Assembly (NCBI GenBank): GCA_951406725.2
Contig: OX597823.1
Span: 103,478,001 to 103,542,000, forward strand
Source of the DNA: Octopus vulgaris
Taxonomy: Eukaryota
Length of the DNA stretch: 64,000 nucleotides
Direction: 5' to 3'
The position numbers and the translations under genes are program-made. The notes beneath the pieces were generated by a model, which ran no database searches, was not told the origin of the DNA, and worked only from the letters and a program-made list of their open reading frames with translations. Below, piece by piece: positions 39,410-54,221 of the stretch (position 1 is the first letter of the stretch; every line of letters begins with the position of its first letter).

Positions 39410-40724
39410 CACACACTGAGAGAAATATAATTATTCTGAAGTAGCATGTTATAAAATTGGCCTCATTAGCGTTAACGTAATTAATGAGTAAAGCATCAAA
39501 AAGCTAATTACAAAAATTAGTCTTCCTGTTGCACCAAGCTCAAGTTCTCCTGAATCCACTTGTCTTTCCTCCTCTCATCATTCATACTGTGTTCCCCACG
39601 TTGGGCCCCCTACTCACAACTTTCACTTGGTCTTCCTGTCCATAACATCAGTTCTTTTAAAAAGAAAAAAAAATCCCTCAGCCTATGTTGTTGGTTAGAC
39701 TCAGTTCAATCCTGATTGGGCCAGCCTATGATCAAAAGCGTACCATCCGTGACCATTCTGTCTTTTAAGGAGGAGTCCTGTCCGTTTTTAGGACGGTAAT
39801 GTGTGAATTCATGAGATTGGATTACTATTTCTAGAAGGTCGTATGACTCTGCCGATGCTCCCCACCACCCCTAGTATATTTGCCTCTTTCTGCTCATGTT
39901 TTTCCCCAGAACCCGCCGACTTAAAACGAGCTAAAGAGAAATATTAATCCTGCTAATCACACTGGTTTCAGAGAGACCGCGAAAAGCATAGATAATGCTG
40001 TTTTTCAAAAACTAAATCGTAAACGTCTTATCCCAAACAACAAATACTTAAAAGTCAAGATACCATTGAGATAGTCGATCTTTGGTAGAAAGACCTAGTT
40101 GCAATGACTTGGGGTTAAACAGCAACAACAACAACAACAACATCGCCATTGCCAATTTATTACCTTTGTTCCCGTCAGATTCAGCCACCACAAGAACCGC
40201 GACGACGACGACGACTGTCACCACCACCACCACCACCAACTTACTATCACTAACAATACCACAATTGACAACAGCAACGAAACTGCCACTATTACCTCCA
40301 CCACCACCATCCATCCATCCATCCATCCATCAATATCACTAGCTCCAGTACCAGCATCACATCACTACGCACTACTGCCGCCGCCTGCACCACCATCTTA
40401 ATACCATCTTAACACCACTGCCATGACTACCACCACTAGCGCAGGACCTTCCCTCTACCGCCGCCTCACGTGACCATTCTTACAGTTTAACAATCGGCTT
40501 GTGTTGTTGAGTGATTAATTCTTCTGTCCTTGACTTCTTCCCTAGGATTGTTACAGATATTGGGTGATGGCCATGGTTTTACAGATTCTGGTGGCTTCTA
40601 TTCATGGCCATGTTGATGGTGCTGGAGATGATGATGATGATGACTGAGTTGAAGACGAATAAGACGATGACTTTAATGACGACGACGATGAATTGGTTGA
40701 TGATGATGATAATGATGATGATAT

Positions 40725-41190
40725 GCGGCGAGCTGGTTAAGGCGGCGGGCTGGCAGAAACGTTAGCACGCCGGGCGAAATGCGTAGCCGTATTTCGTCTG
40801 CCGTTAAGTTCTGAGTTCAAATTCCGCCGAGGTCGACTTTGCCTTTCATCCTTTCGGGGTCGATAAATTAAGTACCAGTTACGCACTGGGGTCGATGTAA
40901 TTGACTTAATCCGTTTGTCTGTCCTTGTTTGTCCCCTCTATGTTTAGCCCCTTGTGGGTAATAAAGAAACAGATATGATAATTATTGTAATATATTATGC
41001 TAATTAAGTCTACGAGCTTTGTGGCATTTCGTCTGCCGCTACGTTCTGAGTTCAAATGCACTGCGGCCTAGGTCGACTTTGCCTTTCATCCTTTAAGAGT
41101 CGATAAAATAAGCACCAGTAGAGCACTGGGGTCGATGTAATCGATTAATCCCTTACCCCGAAGTTGCTGGCCTAATACCAAGATTTAAAT
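40725..41190 (+). mobile_element. Two tandem SINE family C copies
   Basis: 40739-40969 is near-identical to 36331-36566 and has a short duplicated head; second copy from ~41020. Confidence 0.88.
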
Positions 41191-41222
41191 GAGAGCCGTG
41201 GTGATGCAGCTGTTGCTGCTGC

Positions 41223-41751
41223 TTCTTCTTCTTCTTCTTCTTCTTCTTCTTCTTCTTCTTCTTCTTCTTCTTCTTCTTCTTCCAGTCAGGACTCACGCCA
41301 TTATCCACAAAAAACAATCTGTAATTCGAGCCTACTCTAAGCTACTAAGGATGCGTGTGGCAACTTGAAGATCCACCCACCACACGCGATAGACTGGCGG
41401 TTGCACGGGTGCGAAAGCTACGTTGTTATCCTCATTCTGTAAACGGTGGCTCTTAACGGGTGGAGAGCTGAACCATCCTGGGGTACAGAGGATTCGCAAT
41501 CTAGACTAGGGTCTGAAACTTTACCACAGCATAATGGGTTACATCATGGTTCCTCTGCTTTGTGGCAGAAAGAGTGAGAGAAAGTTGTGGTGAAAGAGTA
41601 CAGCGGGGTTCACCACCACCACCCGCCGGAGCCTCGTGGGGCTTAGGTGCTTTTGCTCAATAAACACTCACAATGCCCGGTCTGGGAATCGAAACCGCGT
41701 TCTCACGACCGCGAGTCCGCTGCTTTAACCACCGGGCCATTGCGCCTCCAC
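41223..41751 (-). mobile_element. tRNA-SINE (family D head) with a distinct body, (GAA)n tail and 18-bp TSD
   Basis: Minus strand GGCGCAATGGCCCGGTGGTTAA..GGTTTCGATTCCC; TSD TGCAGCTGTTGCTGCTGC at 41205-41222 and 41752-41769. Confidence 0.88.
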
Positions 41752-42356
41752 TGCAGCTGTTGCTGCTGCCAATGATGATAATGATGATAATGATGATGGA
41801 GGTTGTGATATTCGTGGTGACGTTGGTGATGGTGCTGATGTTGATGCTGACGATGGAAATAACGGAGCTGCTGGTGGCTCTGATCGTGATGATAGTGATG
41901 ATAGTGTTTCTGCTGCTGCTGCTGCTGATGATGATGATGGAGAAGGGTAAGGGGAAGACGGTGGTGATGCTAATAGAAGTACCCGGCTAGAAATTTGGGA
42001 GAAGGAGAAGGGGGTTTAGACGATTAACTCATACCCAGAATCTGTCAGGCATTTTATTTTATCTACCTCGGAGGGACGTAAGGTAGCGTTGATTCGACTG
42101 GATTTGAATTCTGAACATAACGAGCCGGAAGAAATACTGCCAGGCATTTTCCTTTCCTCTCACTGATGTGCGAGGCACTGAAAAGGAGAATGAAAGCAGT
42201 AATTCCCACTCCTGATAAAACCGTTAAAATGCCAAATACGCGAGGAACACGAAACTATTTATACAGAAGGGCCATATATAATTACTAGAAAAATCTATAG
42301 TCAAAACCAGTAAATCACCGGAGACTCTTTAGCCGACTGTATCCCTCTTCTCTCTT

Positions 42357-42573
42357 TACAGGGTGTCCATAAATTATCTTTACAATTTCAAAAACTTAGA
42401 AAAAAAAAAAGAAAAAGAATAAATCCAGCAAAGTTTATTAGAAAACATAGGCAAACAAATAAGTTTTATTCATCAGAATACTTCCACGAGGGTTTCAATT
42501 TTTACAAACTCAGCTTTGATAACTACAATATAATTTATAATGGAAATTGTAAAGATAATTTATGAACATTGTA
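42357..42573. mobile_element. Tc1/mariner-type MITE
   Basis: TA-CAGGGTGTCCATAAATTATCTTTACAATTT ... AAATTGTAAAGATAATTTATGAACATTG-TA; ~30-bp TIRs and TA TSD. Confidence 0.8.
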
Positions 42574-42594
42574 TATTGGGTTTCAAATTATTGG

Positions 42595-42802
42595 TTTCAA
42601 GTTTTGGCTCAAAGCCAGCAAATTCGGGGAGGGGGAAAAGTCGATTACATCGACCCAATGTTCAACTGGTACTTATTTTATCGACCCTGAAAGAATAAAA
42701 GGCGAAGTGAACCTCGGAGGAATTTGAACTCAGAACGTAATGATGGACGAAATGCAGATAAGCATTTTGCCCGGCGTGCTAACGATTCTGCCAGCTCGCC
42801 AC
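42595..42802 (-). mobile_element. SINE family C
   Basis: GAATTTGAACTCAGAACGT..CCGGCGTGCTAACGATTCTGCCAGCTCGCC. Confidence 0.85.
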
Positions 42803-43834
42803 CCTATAACATCCTGTATAGTGATATCGTATTTTACAAACGAAATCGATAATCCGGTGGTCTGTTGCCGACATCGCTGAAATGTATTTCTACACTGGAC
42901 ACATGTAGAATGGTTGGCATGGTTTCTGAAAATAAAGTGTTTTGTCTCAAGACTCAAGGCAGCGCCCATGACATCACACTCAGTTGAGGCCACCATCTAA
43001 ACAGCTGACAAGACACTCTGTTCAACTGTCAGCTTCTTAAACAAATAGATGGTAAAATTTTAAAGACAACAAAATCTATAAACAACTGGATATCATTGTT
43101 TGTTATTTTTTCTTGGTGGGGAGGGTTTGCATTTAAAACTTCTAAAAATAATTCTACTTTAAAAACATTGAAAAAGAAACAGTTTTAACGGGAAACTGAT
43201 ATCTCTTAAAGATTTAGTTGCAGTGTATAAAATAAAAAACAAATGAAGACAACAGTTAGACTGGCATGATTGGGGCCGTACTGTGATTACATAAACACAG
43301 AGTCAACACCCCAAATCTTTAATTATCTATTTTGAAGAATTTGCAGTAAAAAAGAAACAAAAAATACTTTATAGATTGGCCTGTTTTACGAACAGTAAGA
43401 ATTAATATCTTCTTTTCAACCACTCAGTAGAGCAACAGACGAAATGTCGTGTTCAAATTCAGCTACTTTTGATGGTCTGAATGAGTGATTAGCATAAATA
43501 GTTCAAAAGTTGAATAAACTTGGTCACCTTAGGAAGAGCCACTTCGAGCATGACACTTCGTCAGAAAGAGAGAGAGGAAAAGAGAGACAGAGACAGAGAT
43601 AGATAGAGATAGAGGGGGGAGAAAGAGGGAGGAAAAGGAGAGTGGGGAGAGAAAGAGAGATGTATATTACCAATTGATTTTTGTGATGTCGTGAAGAATA
43701 TGTAAAAGTGAAAATCTAATCAATTGTCCGCACCCGCCAAAAAGTGTGACCTTGCACCTCATGGCCGAAACAACTGTAAGCTAATGAAGTCCATGACGTA
43801 ATTTCTTATTCCTTTGTTAATTTAATGTTTCCTG

Positions 43835-44122
43835 TCGAACCGCTAAGTTACATGGAGGTGTCTGTTGTCGAGCAGTGGGGGTGGGACAGATACTGACACA
43901 AAGACACGCACGGTTACACGCACACACACACACATACATACACATAAACACGCGTGTATTCTACGGGCTTCCACAGAGCTTCCGTCTGCAAACTCATCCA
44001 CAAGTTAATGGTGGGTGCAGGTTATATTAGAAGATACTTACCAATTTGCCGCGTCGTGGGATTGAACCCGAAACAATGTGGTTGCTAAGCGACCTTCTTA
44101 ACCACACAGCCATGCATGTGCC
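43835..44122 (-). mobile_element. SINE family B with internal (CA)n
   Basis: CGAACCGCTAAGTTAC...GGGATTGAACCCGAAAC..CTTCTTAACCACACAGCCATG. Confidence 0.75.
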
Positions 44123-44584
44123 TACTCAAAGGGGTTAACTAAGGTTACTTCATGACAGAACAAGAGATAATAAATCATGGAAATTTTACGCAGAGAACAA
44201 TCTAAGTAATATGAAATATTTTGAAACAGCCAAAATATATTGGTGTCAATGACCTCAGCTTACAATGATAAGACTCAGCCTTCAACTTTAATTCTCCAGA
44301 TTGTTTCTATTCTATTTCCACAAACCCATGAATGAATAAATAGTTTATTTATTATTATTTATTTTTATTCTTTCTATATATTTATTATCGTTTATTTATA
44401 TATTATTAAACAGACAGTAAACCTGGCAGCTTTTAATAACCAGTGCTTTGTGATTTGACTCCAAAGTACCTGGTTTATATAATTTAATGACTTTATTCTT
44501 ATTTAATTAGCGTTTGATACTGTTATTTGTTTAATTAGTTATCCAGTTTCAATGAGCAAACTATATGGATAAACTTGTAGCATA

Positions 44585-44699
<115 letters not shown>

Positions 44700-44787
44700 C
44701 ATAGATATGCATGTATGTATGTATGTATGTATGTATGTATGTATGTATGTATGTATGTATATATACATACATACATAAATACATACA

Positions 44788-44855
<68 letters not shown>

Positions 44856-44935
44856 TATATGTGCTTGTTTGTGAGAGAAGGCTTACAAAGCAGACGAAAG
44901 TACTCGATACACCAGGAATTTTGCATATATGCATA

Positions 44936-45015
<80 letters not shown>

Positions 45016-45745
45016 CACACATATATACATACATATGCATATACATGCAAAAACATACATACGTTAATTTCGTCAGCTGTCACCAGCTGTTTGATATATC
45101 CTCGTTTATATGGCTTTGTTGTTCGTATATTTGACAACTTATATATATTATGAACTAAGTTAATTGTTAGCAATTTTTCATCCGCCATTTTAGGAGTAAA
45201 TATATTACATCCCATGCACATGTAACATTTAAAACACTGCATACCTGCTATACACAATATATATTTGCCAAAGACACGAGTATGTTTCCATGCAATAGTG
45301 ACCCTTGAGTTTAATTATTAGTATCCAGATCAGAGCTTCATAACACGAGGAGCATGCCCAGCGGTGGAACGAAGCAGTATTTGGGGGCAGGTGTAGGTTA
45401 CATGGAAAAGGGTTAAGGTTAGGGTTAGGGCAAATGTGGCAAGTGAGTAAAACTTGCAATCGAGTTTTAATTACAACTTCTAACGATTCTGCCAACTCGC
45501 TACCCTATAACACCCCGCATAGTGATAATGCTATATATAAAATTTGTCCGTTCATGGAGGACCGCATATTTATTTTGGAATATCGAAGAGACCTGGCTGA
45601 CAAGAAAGACACACACAAAAAACAAGTAAACTGAAAACAAAAAAAAGACAAAAAAGAAATTACACAGATACATTAAGAAGGATTTGAGCAGTTTGTTGCA
45701 CTGGATTCGAGTCGATAACTTCTAGACAGGTTCATCGTGTGTGTC

Positions 45746-45782
<37 letters not shown>

Positions 45783-45795
45783 ATACATGTCTATG

Positions 45796-45899
<104 letters not shown>

Positions 45900-45904
45900 T
45901 ACAC

Positions 45905-46064
45905 ACAGGTGTGAGTCTGTAATAGGAGGTTTGCTTCCCAATCATATGGTTCCGGGTTCAGTCTTATTGCATGGTGCTAGGCAAGTGTCTTCTACTATAG
46001 TTACGGGCCGAGGAAAGCCTTATGAGTGCAGGGTTTGGTAGATGGAAACTGGAAAAATTCCATC

Positions 46065-46065
<1 letters not shown>
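45905..46065 (+). mobile_element. SINE family B, 5' half
   Basis: TTGCTTCCCAATCATATGGTTCCGGGTTCAGTC..GGCAAGTGTCTTCTACTATAG. Confidence 0.75.
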
Positions 46066-46111
<46 letters not shown>

Positions 46112-46202
46112 TAATAATAAATGGTGAAATTAATTAATTTGGAATAATTATCAATTACACCAAGTAGATTTCGGCATGTAAAAGCCCCATTCGAGGAAAA
46201 TT

Positions 46203-46283
46203 TAAGTAATACTAAGTAATTAAGTAATTAATTGGTGAGGCAATTCGTTGCTAAACCCTTAATTACTTAATTACTTAGTATTA

Positions 46284-46287
<4 letters not shown>
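46203..46287. repeat. Perfect 29-bp inverted repeat ending a short insert in (TA)n
   Basis: TAAGTAATACTAAGTAATTAAGTAATTAA - 27 nt - TTAATTACTTAATTACTTAGTATTACTTA. Confidence 0.9.
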
Positions 46288-46336
<49 letters not shown>

Positions 46337-46416
46337 GTAAGCACCTGTATATACCGTTTGGTGGTGTAGGTGGTGGAGTAAATTAATCAGAATAAAAACA
46401 TGATGCCAAGGATTCA

Positions 46417-46494
46417 GCGGTACATATGTTTCGGGCCTTTATTAGACGGATTTATAACAATGCATAATGTGTATCTGTGGCCTTCTTCAGCCGC
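46417..46494 (-). ncRNA. Type-I hammerhead motif (left inverted copy)
   Basis: Reverse complement of 46928-47005. Confidence 0.65.
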
Positions 46495-46927
46495 GCACAA
46501 CTACTTCTTCAAGGACATGTATTACATCAAAAATTCTTGGTTGGGGATGCAAATCCTCTCATTCGCGTACGACATAATGCGGCAACAGCATAAAAATGAA
46601 GCGTCCATCTCGTTCTTCTCTCAATGTAGAATGAAGAAATTTAGATGTTGAAGTAATATAAATAAATTAATAAATAAATATATACATATATAAATATATA
46701 AATACAGACAGACGTGAAGAACCTGGTAATAAGAGTAAATAGAGATAAAGATGGAGGGGCGAGAATTCAGGACGAAGGATAAAAAATATATAAAAAGTGT
46801 AAGTATATAAAAATATAAAAATGTAGAGTATAAAGATATAAAGAGATATAAAAAATATAAAAAAATATAAAGGTATAAAGTTATAAAATTTTTGATGTAA
46901 TACATGTCCTTGAGGTAGTAGTTGTGC

Positions 46928-47005
46928 GCGGCTGAAGAAGGCCACAAACACACATTATGAATTGTTATAAATCCGTCTAATAAAGGCCCGAAACATATGT
47001 ACCGC
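46928..47005 (+). ncRNA. Type-I hammerhead motif (right copy)
   Basis: GCGG-CTGAAGA-aGGCC..long loop..GGCCc-GAAA-CATATG-TA-CCGC; GUA triplet; A.C mismatch at 10.1/11.1. Confidence 0.68.
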
Positions 47006-47035
47006 TGAATCCTTGGCATCATGTTTTTATTTTGA

Positions 47036-47846
<811 letters not shown>

Positions 47847-48105
47847 TAAAGGTGCGAAAACGGTGTTCTCCGAAGGAATTCAAAGGGTAGCGTAATCCAA
47901 GGGTAGGTAATCTGGTGTAGGGAAATCCAAGACTTAGATGCTCCAAATCATCGTCGGAAGGACGTAGAAAATCCATGTTAGCGTGCGATAATAGGCAAGA
48001 CGAAAATTAAAAATAACAAATTACAAGATACCAAAAGTCGGAAGGACGAACACATGGAATGCATTAATTTGACGCTTAATATAAGATGGAAAAACCAGTG
48101 GGTGT

Positions 48106-48136
48106 ATAACGTTTCGGGCATGGCTCTTCGTCAGAT
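48106..48136 (-). ncRNA. Minimal hammerhead motif in a pLTR-like remnant
   Basis: Minus strand AT-CTGACGA-a-GAGC cat GCCC-GAAA-CG-TT-AT; a more decayed homologue lies at 43536-43568. Confidence 0.5.
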
Positions 48137-48429
48137 TGAGGAGAAAGGAAACTTTTATGGAAGGAAGGAAAAATGACCAAGAAAAGTTCTTGTGTGGTTA
48201 TATGGCTGAAGTAACCGGAAGTGAAGAGAATTAGAGAAAGTGATTTCTAACACAGGAGAGTACAGAAATGGCCGGTGTATGTGTGTGTGTTGTAGTATGT
48301 TTGTGCGTGTGCGTTTGTGTTTGTGTGAGTGATGTATATGTAAAGGAGCGGCATCGACGCATACATCATACACATCGCTTTTGACGTTTGTTGTTTTGTT
48401 ATTTTTAAATTTCGATTCGTCTATACGTA

Positions 48430-48640
48430 TATGTCTGTGTTTGTACCCACCACTGCCTAACAACCAGCGGTGGTGTGTTTACGTCCCCGTAACTTAGCGA
48501 TTCGGCAAAAGGAACCGATAGAATAAGTACCAGGCTTAACAAAAAGAAAACAAGTGACGTGATCGATTCGTTTGATTAACAATTCTTCAAGGCGTGGCTC
48601 CAGCATGGCAGTAGTCTAATGATTGAAACAAGTAAAGGAG
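48430..48640 (+). mobile_element. SINE family B, 3' half
   Basis: GGTGTGTTTACGTCCCCGTAACTTAGCGATTCGGCAAAAG..GAATAAGTACCAGGCTT..CTCCAGCATGG..GAAACAAGTAAA. Confidence 0.85.
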
Positions 48641-48717
48641 ATACACAGACATACACAGATATTATGTATGTATGTATGTATGTATGTATGTATGTATGTA
48701 TGTATGTATGTATGTAT

Positions 48718-48753
<36 letters not shown>

Positions 48754-49034
48754 TTGTAAATAGTAAGGGATTTCTCCACATGTTTACCGGGTTGCTCTCA
48801 GGTATCCAAAACAAGTTATTCAACAGTTAATATATAAATCCAATAATATTCTCATAAGATGAGAATTTAGAGATATATTCCGTTGGACAATTCTGAATAT
48901 ATTACCTTAACCATATTGGCTTCCTGGAGTATATAACATCAATAATAATAGTAATAATAATAACGATTATTACGAAGTGGCATAGCAATGCCTTGAATTT
49001 AATGAAACTTCGTAATAATCTTTATTATTATTGT

Positions 49035-49168
<134 letters not shown>

Positions 49169-49218
49169 CAGTGCCCTAACATGGCTGGTTGCAGTCAAAT
49201 GACTGAAACAAGTAAAAG

Positions 49219-49270
<52 letters not shown>

Positions 49271-49409
49271 ATATGTATATATATATATCGTTACATAAAC
49301 ATATGTTCACATGTACATACACATACACACATACAGATACGTCTAGACACATACATACATACATACATACATACATACATACATACATACATACATACAT
49401 ACATACATG

Positions 49410-50345
49410 TTTCTCAGAAGCTGTAGACCCTTGGAGACGTTCTGCATCTACAACATGACTGGGATGCAATATACAGGTGGGATGAGGAAAATAATATGTA
49501 GTTTAATGTTGGAAAATTCCAAGCTCTGCGCTTCCAACACAGGAAGCTCAATGAAAAGTAGATAGGACACCCTGGTCCAGGGGGAATTGCGATTCCTGAA
49601 TCAAAGTCAGTGCGTGACTTGGGCATCGAGATGAGTAATGATGCATCTTTCCATGTCGACATTATCAAGTTGGCATTATCAGATGGACCTTTTGAATTTT
49701 CAAAACGAGAGAAAAGGAAACCATAACGATCATCTTGAGGACTTTCGTACTCAGCCGTCTAGATTCCTGCTCCCAACTGTGGTCACTAAACAATGTAAAA
49801 TTAACGACGATACTCGGGGTGATCCAACGAAGCTACACAAAGAAGATAGACACAATGCTACAAGGAGAGACCGAAAGAATCAAGACTCTACTCCTTGAAG
49901 CGAAGGCGGGAAAGATATGCAGTGATATACATCTGGGAAACCCTAGAAAAACTTGTGTCAAACTTTGGCATCGTCAGTTACATAAAGAGCAAGACGAGGC
50001 GCCACTGCATAGTACCAAAAATCCCAACTTTGTAATTAGGATGCAGAACCAGATGCTGCAACAGCTTGGGCTTCAAAGGACCACAGCTCTTCAATATCCT
50101 CCCACAAAGCCCGAGAGACCTTCGTGGCATGAATGTAGGCTTTTTCAAAACAAAACTGGATCGCCTTCTGTCAAGAGTTCCGGATGAATCTACCACAAGC
50201 CAAGAAACACAGATGAGGGCAGCAACGCCAAACTCCCTCATCCACAAAATGTCACATATCAGAGGAGGTTTAGTGAAAGTGAAGAAAGTAGACGGCGGTG
50301 CTTCAGCATGACCGCAATCCCTGGACTGAAACCACGAAGAAAAAA
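49410..50345 (+). mobile_element. CR1/L2-group LINE 3' fragment (post-RT region and 3' tail), frameshifted
   Basis: FNVGKFQAL..VRDLGIEMSND..FVLSRLDSCSQLWS..IQRSYTKKI..GPQLFNILP..FKTKLDRLL..VPDE; A-rich end. Confidence 0.85.
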
Positions 50346-50359
50346 TATCATATAAATAC

Positions 50360-50782
<423 letters not shown>

Positions 50783-50811
50783 TATTAGTTATATATATAT
50801 ATATTTATGTG

Positions 50812-50850
<39 letters not shown>

Positions 50851-51168
50851 TATGCATGCACACAGTTACACACCAGCTTGATTCATCTCCACATTGCTTA
50901 CATTTGTGGGTTAGGAACATTTGACAACGTGGGTGTGGCCAATGCGCAAGATTCTTTAAATAATGCGGAGCCGAGTTAAACCGTTACTTAATAGGTTTAT
51001 CTCCAACGAAATCTATTGAGCATCACTTTCCTTTGGTTTAAACAATCGAAAGTGGCACTCAACAACAACACACACACACACACACACTTATGGTTGGAAT
51101 AATTTTGGACGTAGGTTTTCTTCACCAAGGCTGTCCTGAGATTAAACCTCCTCCTGCTCCTTATCACC

Positions 51169-51235
<67 letters not shown>

Positions 51236-51239
51236 CCAG

Positions 51240-51635
51240 CAGAGGATCTACAGCGACCATAGAGAGAAAGTGAGCAGAGCCACGGATTCGTCTCTAACCA
51301 GGCAGCAGCAGGTAACACTCAGCCGACTTAGAAGTGGTCATCACCCGGACCTCAAGTACTGGTTCTACAAGATCGCCCGAGCCATAGACAGAAAGTGCAG
51401 AAAGTACGGAGTGGGCGAGGAGACGGCGGAGCATGTCGTCTGCGACTGTCCACGGATCCATCGCCCGCCGCAAATGCCAACCCCTCCAGACACTCTGGCC
51501 AGTAACCCTCTCCCTGTCCTTCGGATCTGGGAAAAGTGGACTTCCGCTCCCGACCTGCCAGACGTCTCCCAACCCCACAGAACGGACGCAGTGAAATCAC
51601 CCTTACCCGTCTTGTTGCTCAACAACAACAACAAC
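51240..51635 (+). mobile_element. I/Ingi-group LINE 3' end with CCHC zinc knuckle and (AAC)n tail
   Basis: TLSRLRSGHH..KCRKYGVGEETAEHVVCDCP (Cx2[C>Y]x7Hx4C); runs directly into AAC repeats at 51621. Confidence 0.75.
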
Positions 51636-53654
51636 AGCAGCGGCAACAACAACAACAACAACAACCACAACAGCAGCAGCAGCAGCAACAACAACTACAA
51701 CAACAACAACAACAACAGCAGCAGCAGCAGCAACCACAGCGACGACGACGACGACAACAACAACACCACAGTAGTACCAACAGTAACAACCACACAGAAC
51801 ATGCACAGCTGCGCACATGTAGACAGGCATACACGCACGCTTACGAATAACTATCCTAAGGTTTCATTTCTGTCCTACGCAGTTCTCTGCCTTCGCCAGT
51901 TTCGGCTAAATCCACCACCACCACCACCACCACCACCACCACCACCGTTTATGTTTTGCCCCTTTAACACGTAATTACTTAGATAATTAAATAAGTGAAT
52001 AGTACGCGTGTTCTAATTCAAACATTGCTGGTTCGAGGTCAAGGGTGTTCGGGTGAATGATTAAGGTCTGCCGAACTACACAATGACGACGAAGGAATGA
52101 AGATGGTGGCGGTGGTAGTGACGGTGGCGATTGTGATGGCGACGGTGTTTGGTGGAGATGGTGTTGGTGGCGGCGGTAGTGCAGGTTGTAATGCTGGTGT
52201 GTAATGATGTTCATGTTGTGGTTGATGCATTGTGACGGTAGTGGTGGTAGTTCTGATGGTTGCGATTACGGCGGTAGTGGTGGGGATGTTGGTGATTGCG
52301 GTAATGGTTTAATTGTGCTGGTGTTGATGGTTGTGATGCACGATGTAATAAGATTTCCAACGGTGGTGATGATGGTGGTGGTGGTGGTGGTGTTGGTTGT
52401 GCTGGAGACGTTGATAATGGGTGTCGCGATGGTTCTGCTGATTGTTGTGGTGGTGGTTGTAGCAGTGGCATTGTTGATCGTAGTGCTGGAGAAGATAAAG
52501 GTGAATATGCTAGTAGTGGTGATGGTTGTAGTGGTAGCGATGGTTAATGTAGTGGTGTTGGTGGCAGTGATGGTGATGGTGATGACGATGATGCGGATGG
52601 TGGTTGTGTCAGAAATTATGTTCGTGGTGTCGAAGTCTGAAGTTTGGATTTGAAAGATCAAAGGAACTTGAAGAGATAAAGCGCGCACGCATGCGCGTGT
52701 GTATAGATATGAGTATGTATGCGTGTGTGTGAGTGAGTGTATGCGTGTGCGTGATTGCTATGATGCCAGCTCACGTCCATCCTCCCTCTGCCGATGTATG
52801 TTGAGGTGGCGGAATCACAGCAGTGAGTGGAATCATACAAAAAATTAATATGTGGGTATGTGGGTGAGTGTGGGGGAACAAAACAGGAGTGGGACTTTGG
52901 ATAGGTTTAGAAACAGGGGCGGGCTATGATGTTATTTAACCTTGGGCCAGCTATCATTTAGTGGACCTGATCAAAGGCGTTTCGGCGTCTTTGAATTTCG
53001 TTTTAGAATATCTAGGACTATATCATTATTCGATGCGTCCTATATTTTTGTAGAGACAGTAGGTTGTAATTTGAGGGAGATTTGCTTGCTATTACTGGCA
53101 TATCGAACGATGGCGAGTTTGCTTCTTTTCGTGGCTCGTACGGTAAAAGTAACAGCAGAATATCTGATGGTGGTGATGACAGTGACGGTGATGGGGGTGA
53201 TGATAGTGGTGGTGGTGGTAATAGGAATGGTGAAGGCTATAGAGTTTGTGGTGGTAGTAGCAGTGACGGTGGTGGTGGTGGTGGTGGTGGTGGCGGTAGT
53301 GATGGCGAGGATGGTAGTGGTGGCGGTATTCCAGGTGGTGGAGATGGTATAGATCTTGGTGGTAGTGATGATAATGGTGTGAAGTACAGTTTCATTCTGT
53401 GGAAAAATGGATCTGACGATGATGGTGGCAATGGTGCCATTAAAGATGTTGATGGTAGGAGCCATGATTGTAGCAGTGATGGTGGTGATACAAACGCTGA
53501 TGGTTGCAGTGGTGGTAGTAGTAGTCATTGAGAGTTAAGTACTGTTCCATAATGTGAAAAGTCCTTGAAATGGTGCGATACCGTTTCTCTCAGCTTATCT
53601 CATTAGCTTAATTGCAACAACATCTTACATTTCGTTTCTGTGTGCAAAAGCACA

Positions 53655-54100
53655 GGTACAGATGTGTGGCAAGTAGCTTGCTTACCAGCCACATGGTTCT
53701 GGGTTCAGTCCCACTGCGCGGCAACTTGGGCAATTGTCTTCTACTATAGCCCCGGGCCGATCAAAGTCTTGTGAGTGGATTTAGTAGACGGAAACTGTAA
53801 GAAGCCCGACGTATATATATATTTATATATACATGTATATATGTGTGTGTGTATGTTTGTGTCTATGTTTGTGTGTGTTTGTGTGTCTGTGTTTGTCTCC
53901 CCATCATTGCTTGACAATTAGGCTTACAAAGAATAAGTCCTGAGGTCGATGTAGTCAAACAAACTGACCCCAGGACTTACTCTTTGTAAGCCTAGTACTT
54001 TTTCTATCGGTCTCTTTTACCGAACCGCTAAGTTACGGGGACGTAAACACATCAGCTTCGGTTGTCAAGCGATGTTGGGGCGACAAACACAGACACATAA
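53655..54100. mobile_element. Tail-to-tail inverted pair of family B SINEs
   Basis: Plus copy 53655-53955 and minus copy 53966-54100; 53919-53947 pairs with 53966-53994, and 53881-53917 with 54062-54096. Confidence 0.85.
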
Positions 54101-54104
54101 ACAT

Positions 54105-54172
<68 letters not shown>

Positions 54173-54221
54173 GCTCTCACATACACCCACACACACATAC
54201 GCACACGCACACACACACATG

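Noticed and set aside
45410-45430. Telomere-like GGGTTAAGGTTAGGGTTAGGG
   Set aside because: Only two perfect TTAGGG units; too short to call an interstitial telomeric site.
51090-51974. 294-aa ORF with poly-His, poly-Asn and poly-Pro as a host gene
   Set aside because: A LINE CCHC tail fused to flanking trinucleotide repeats.
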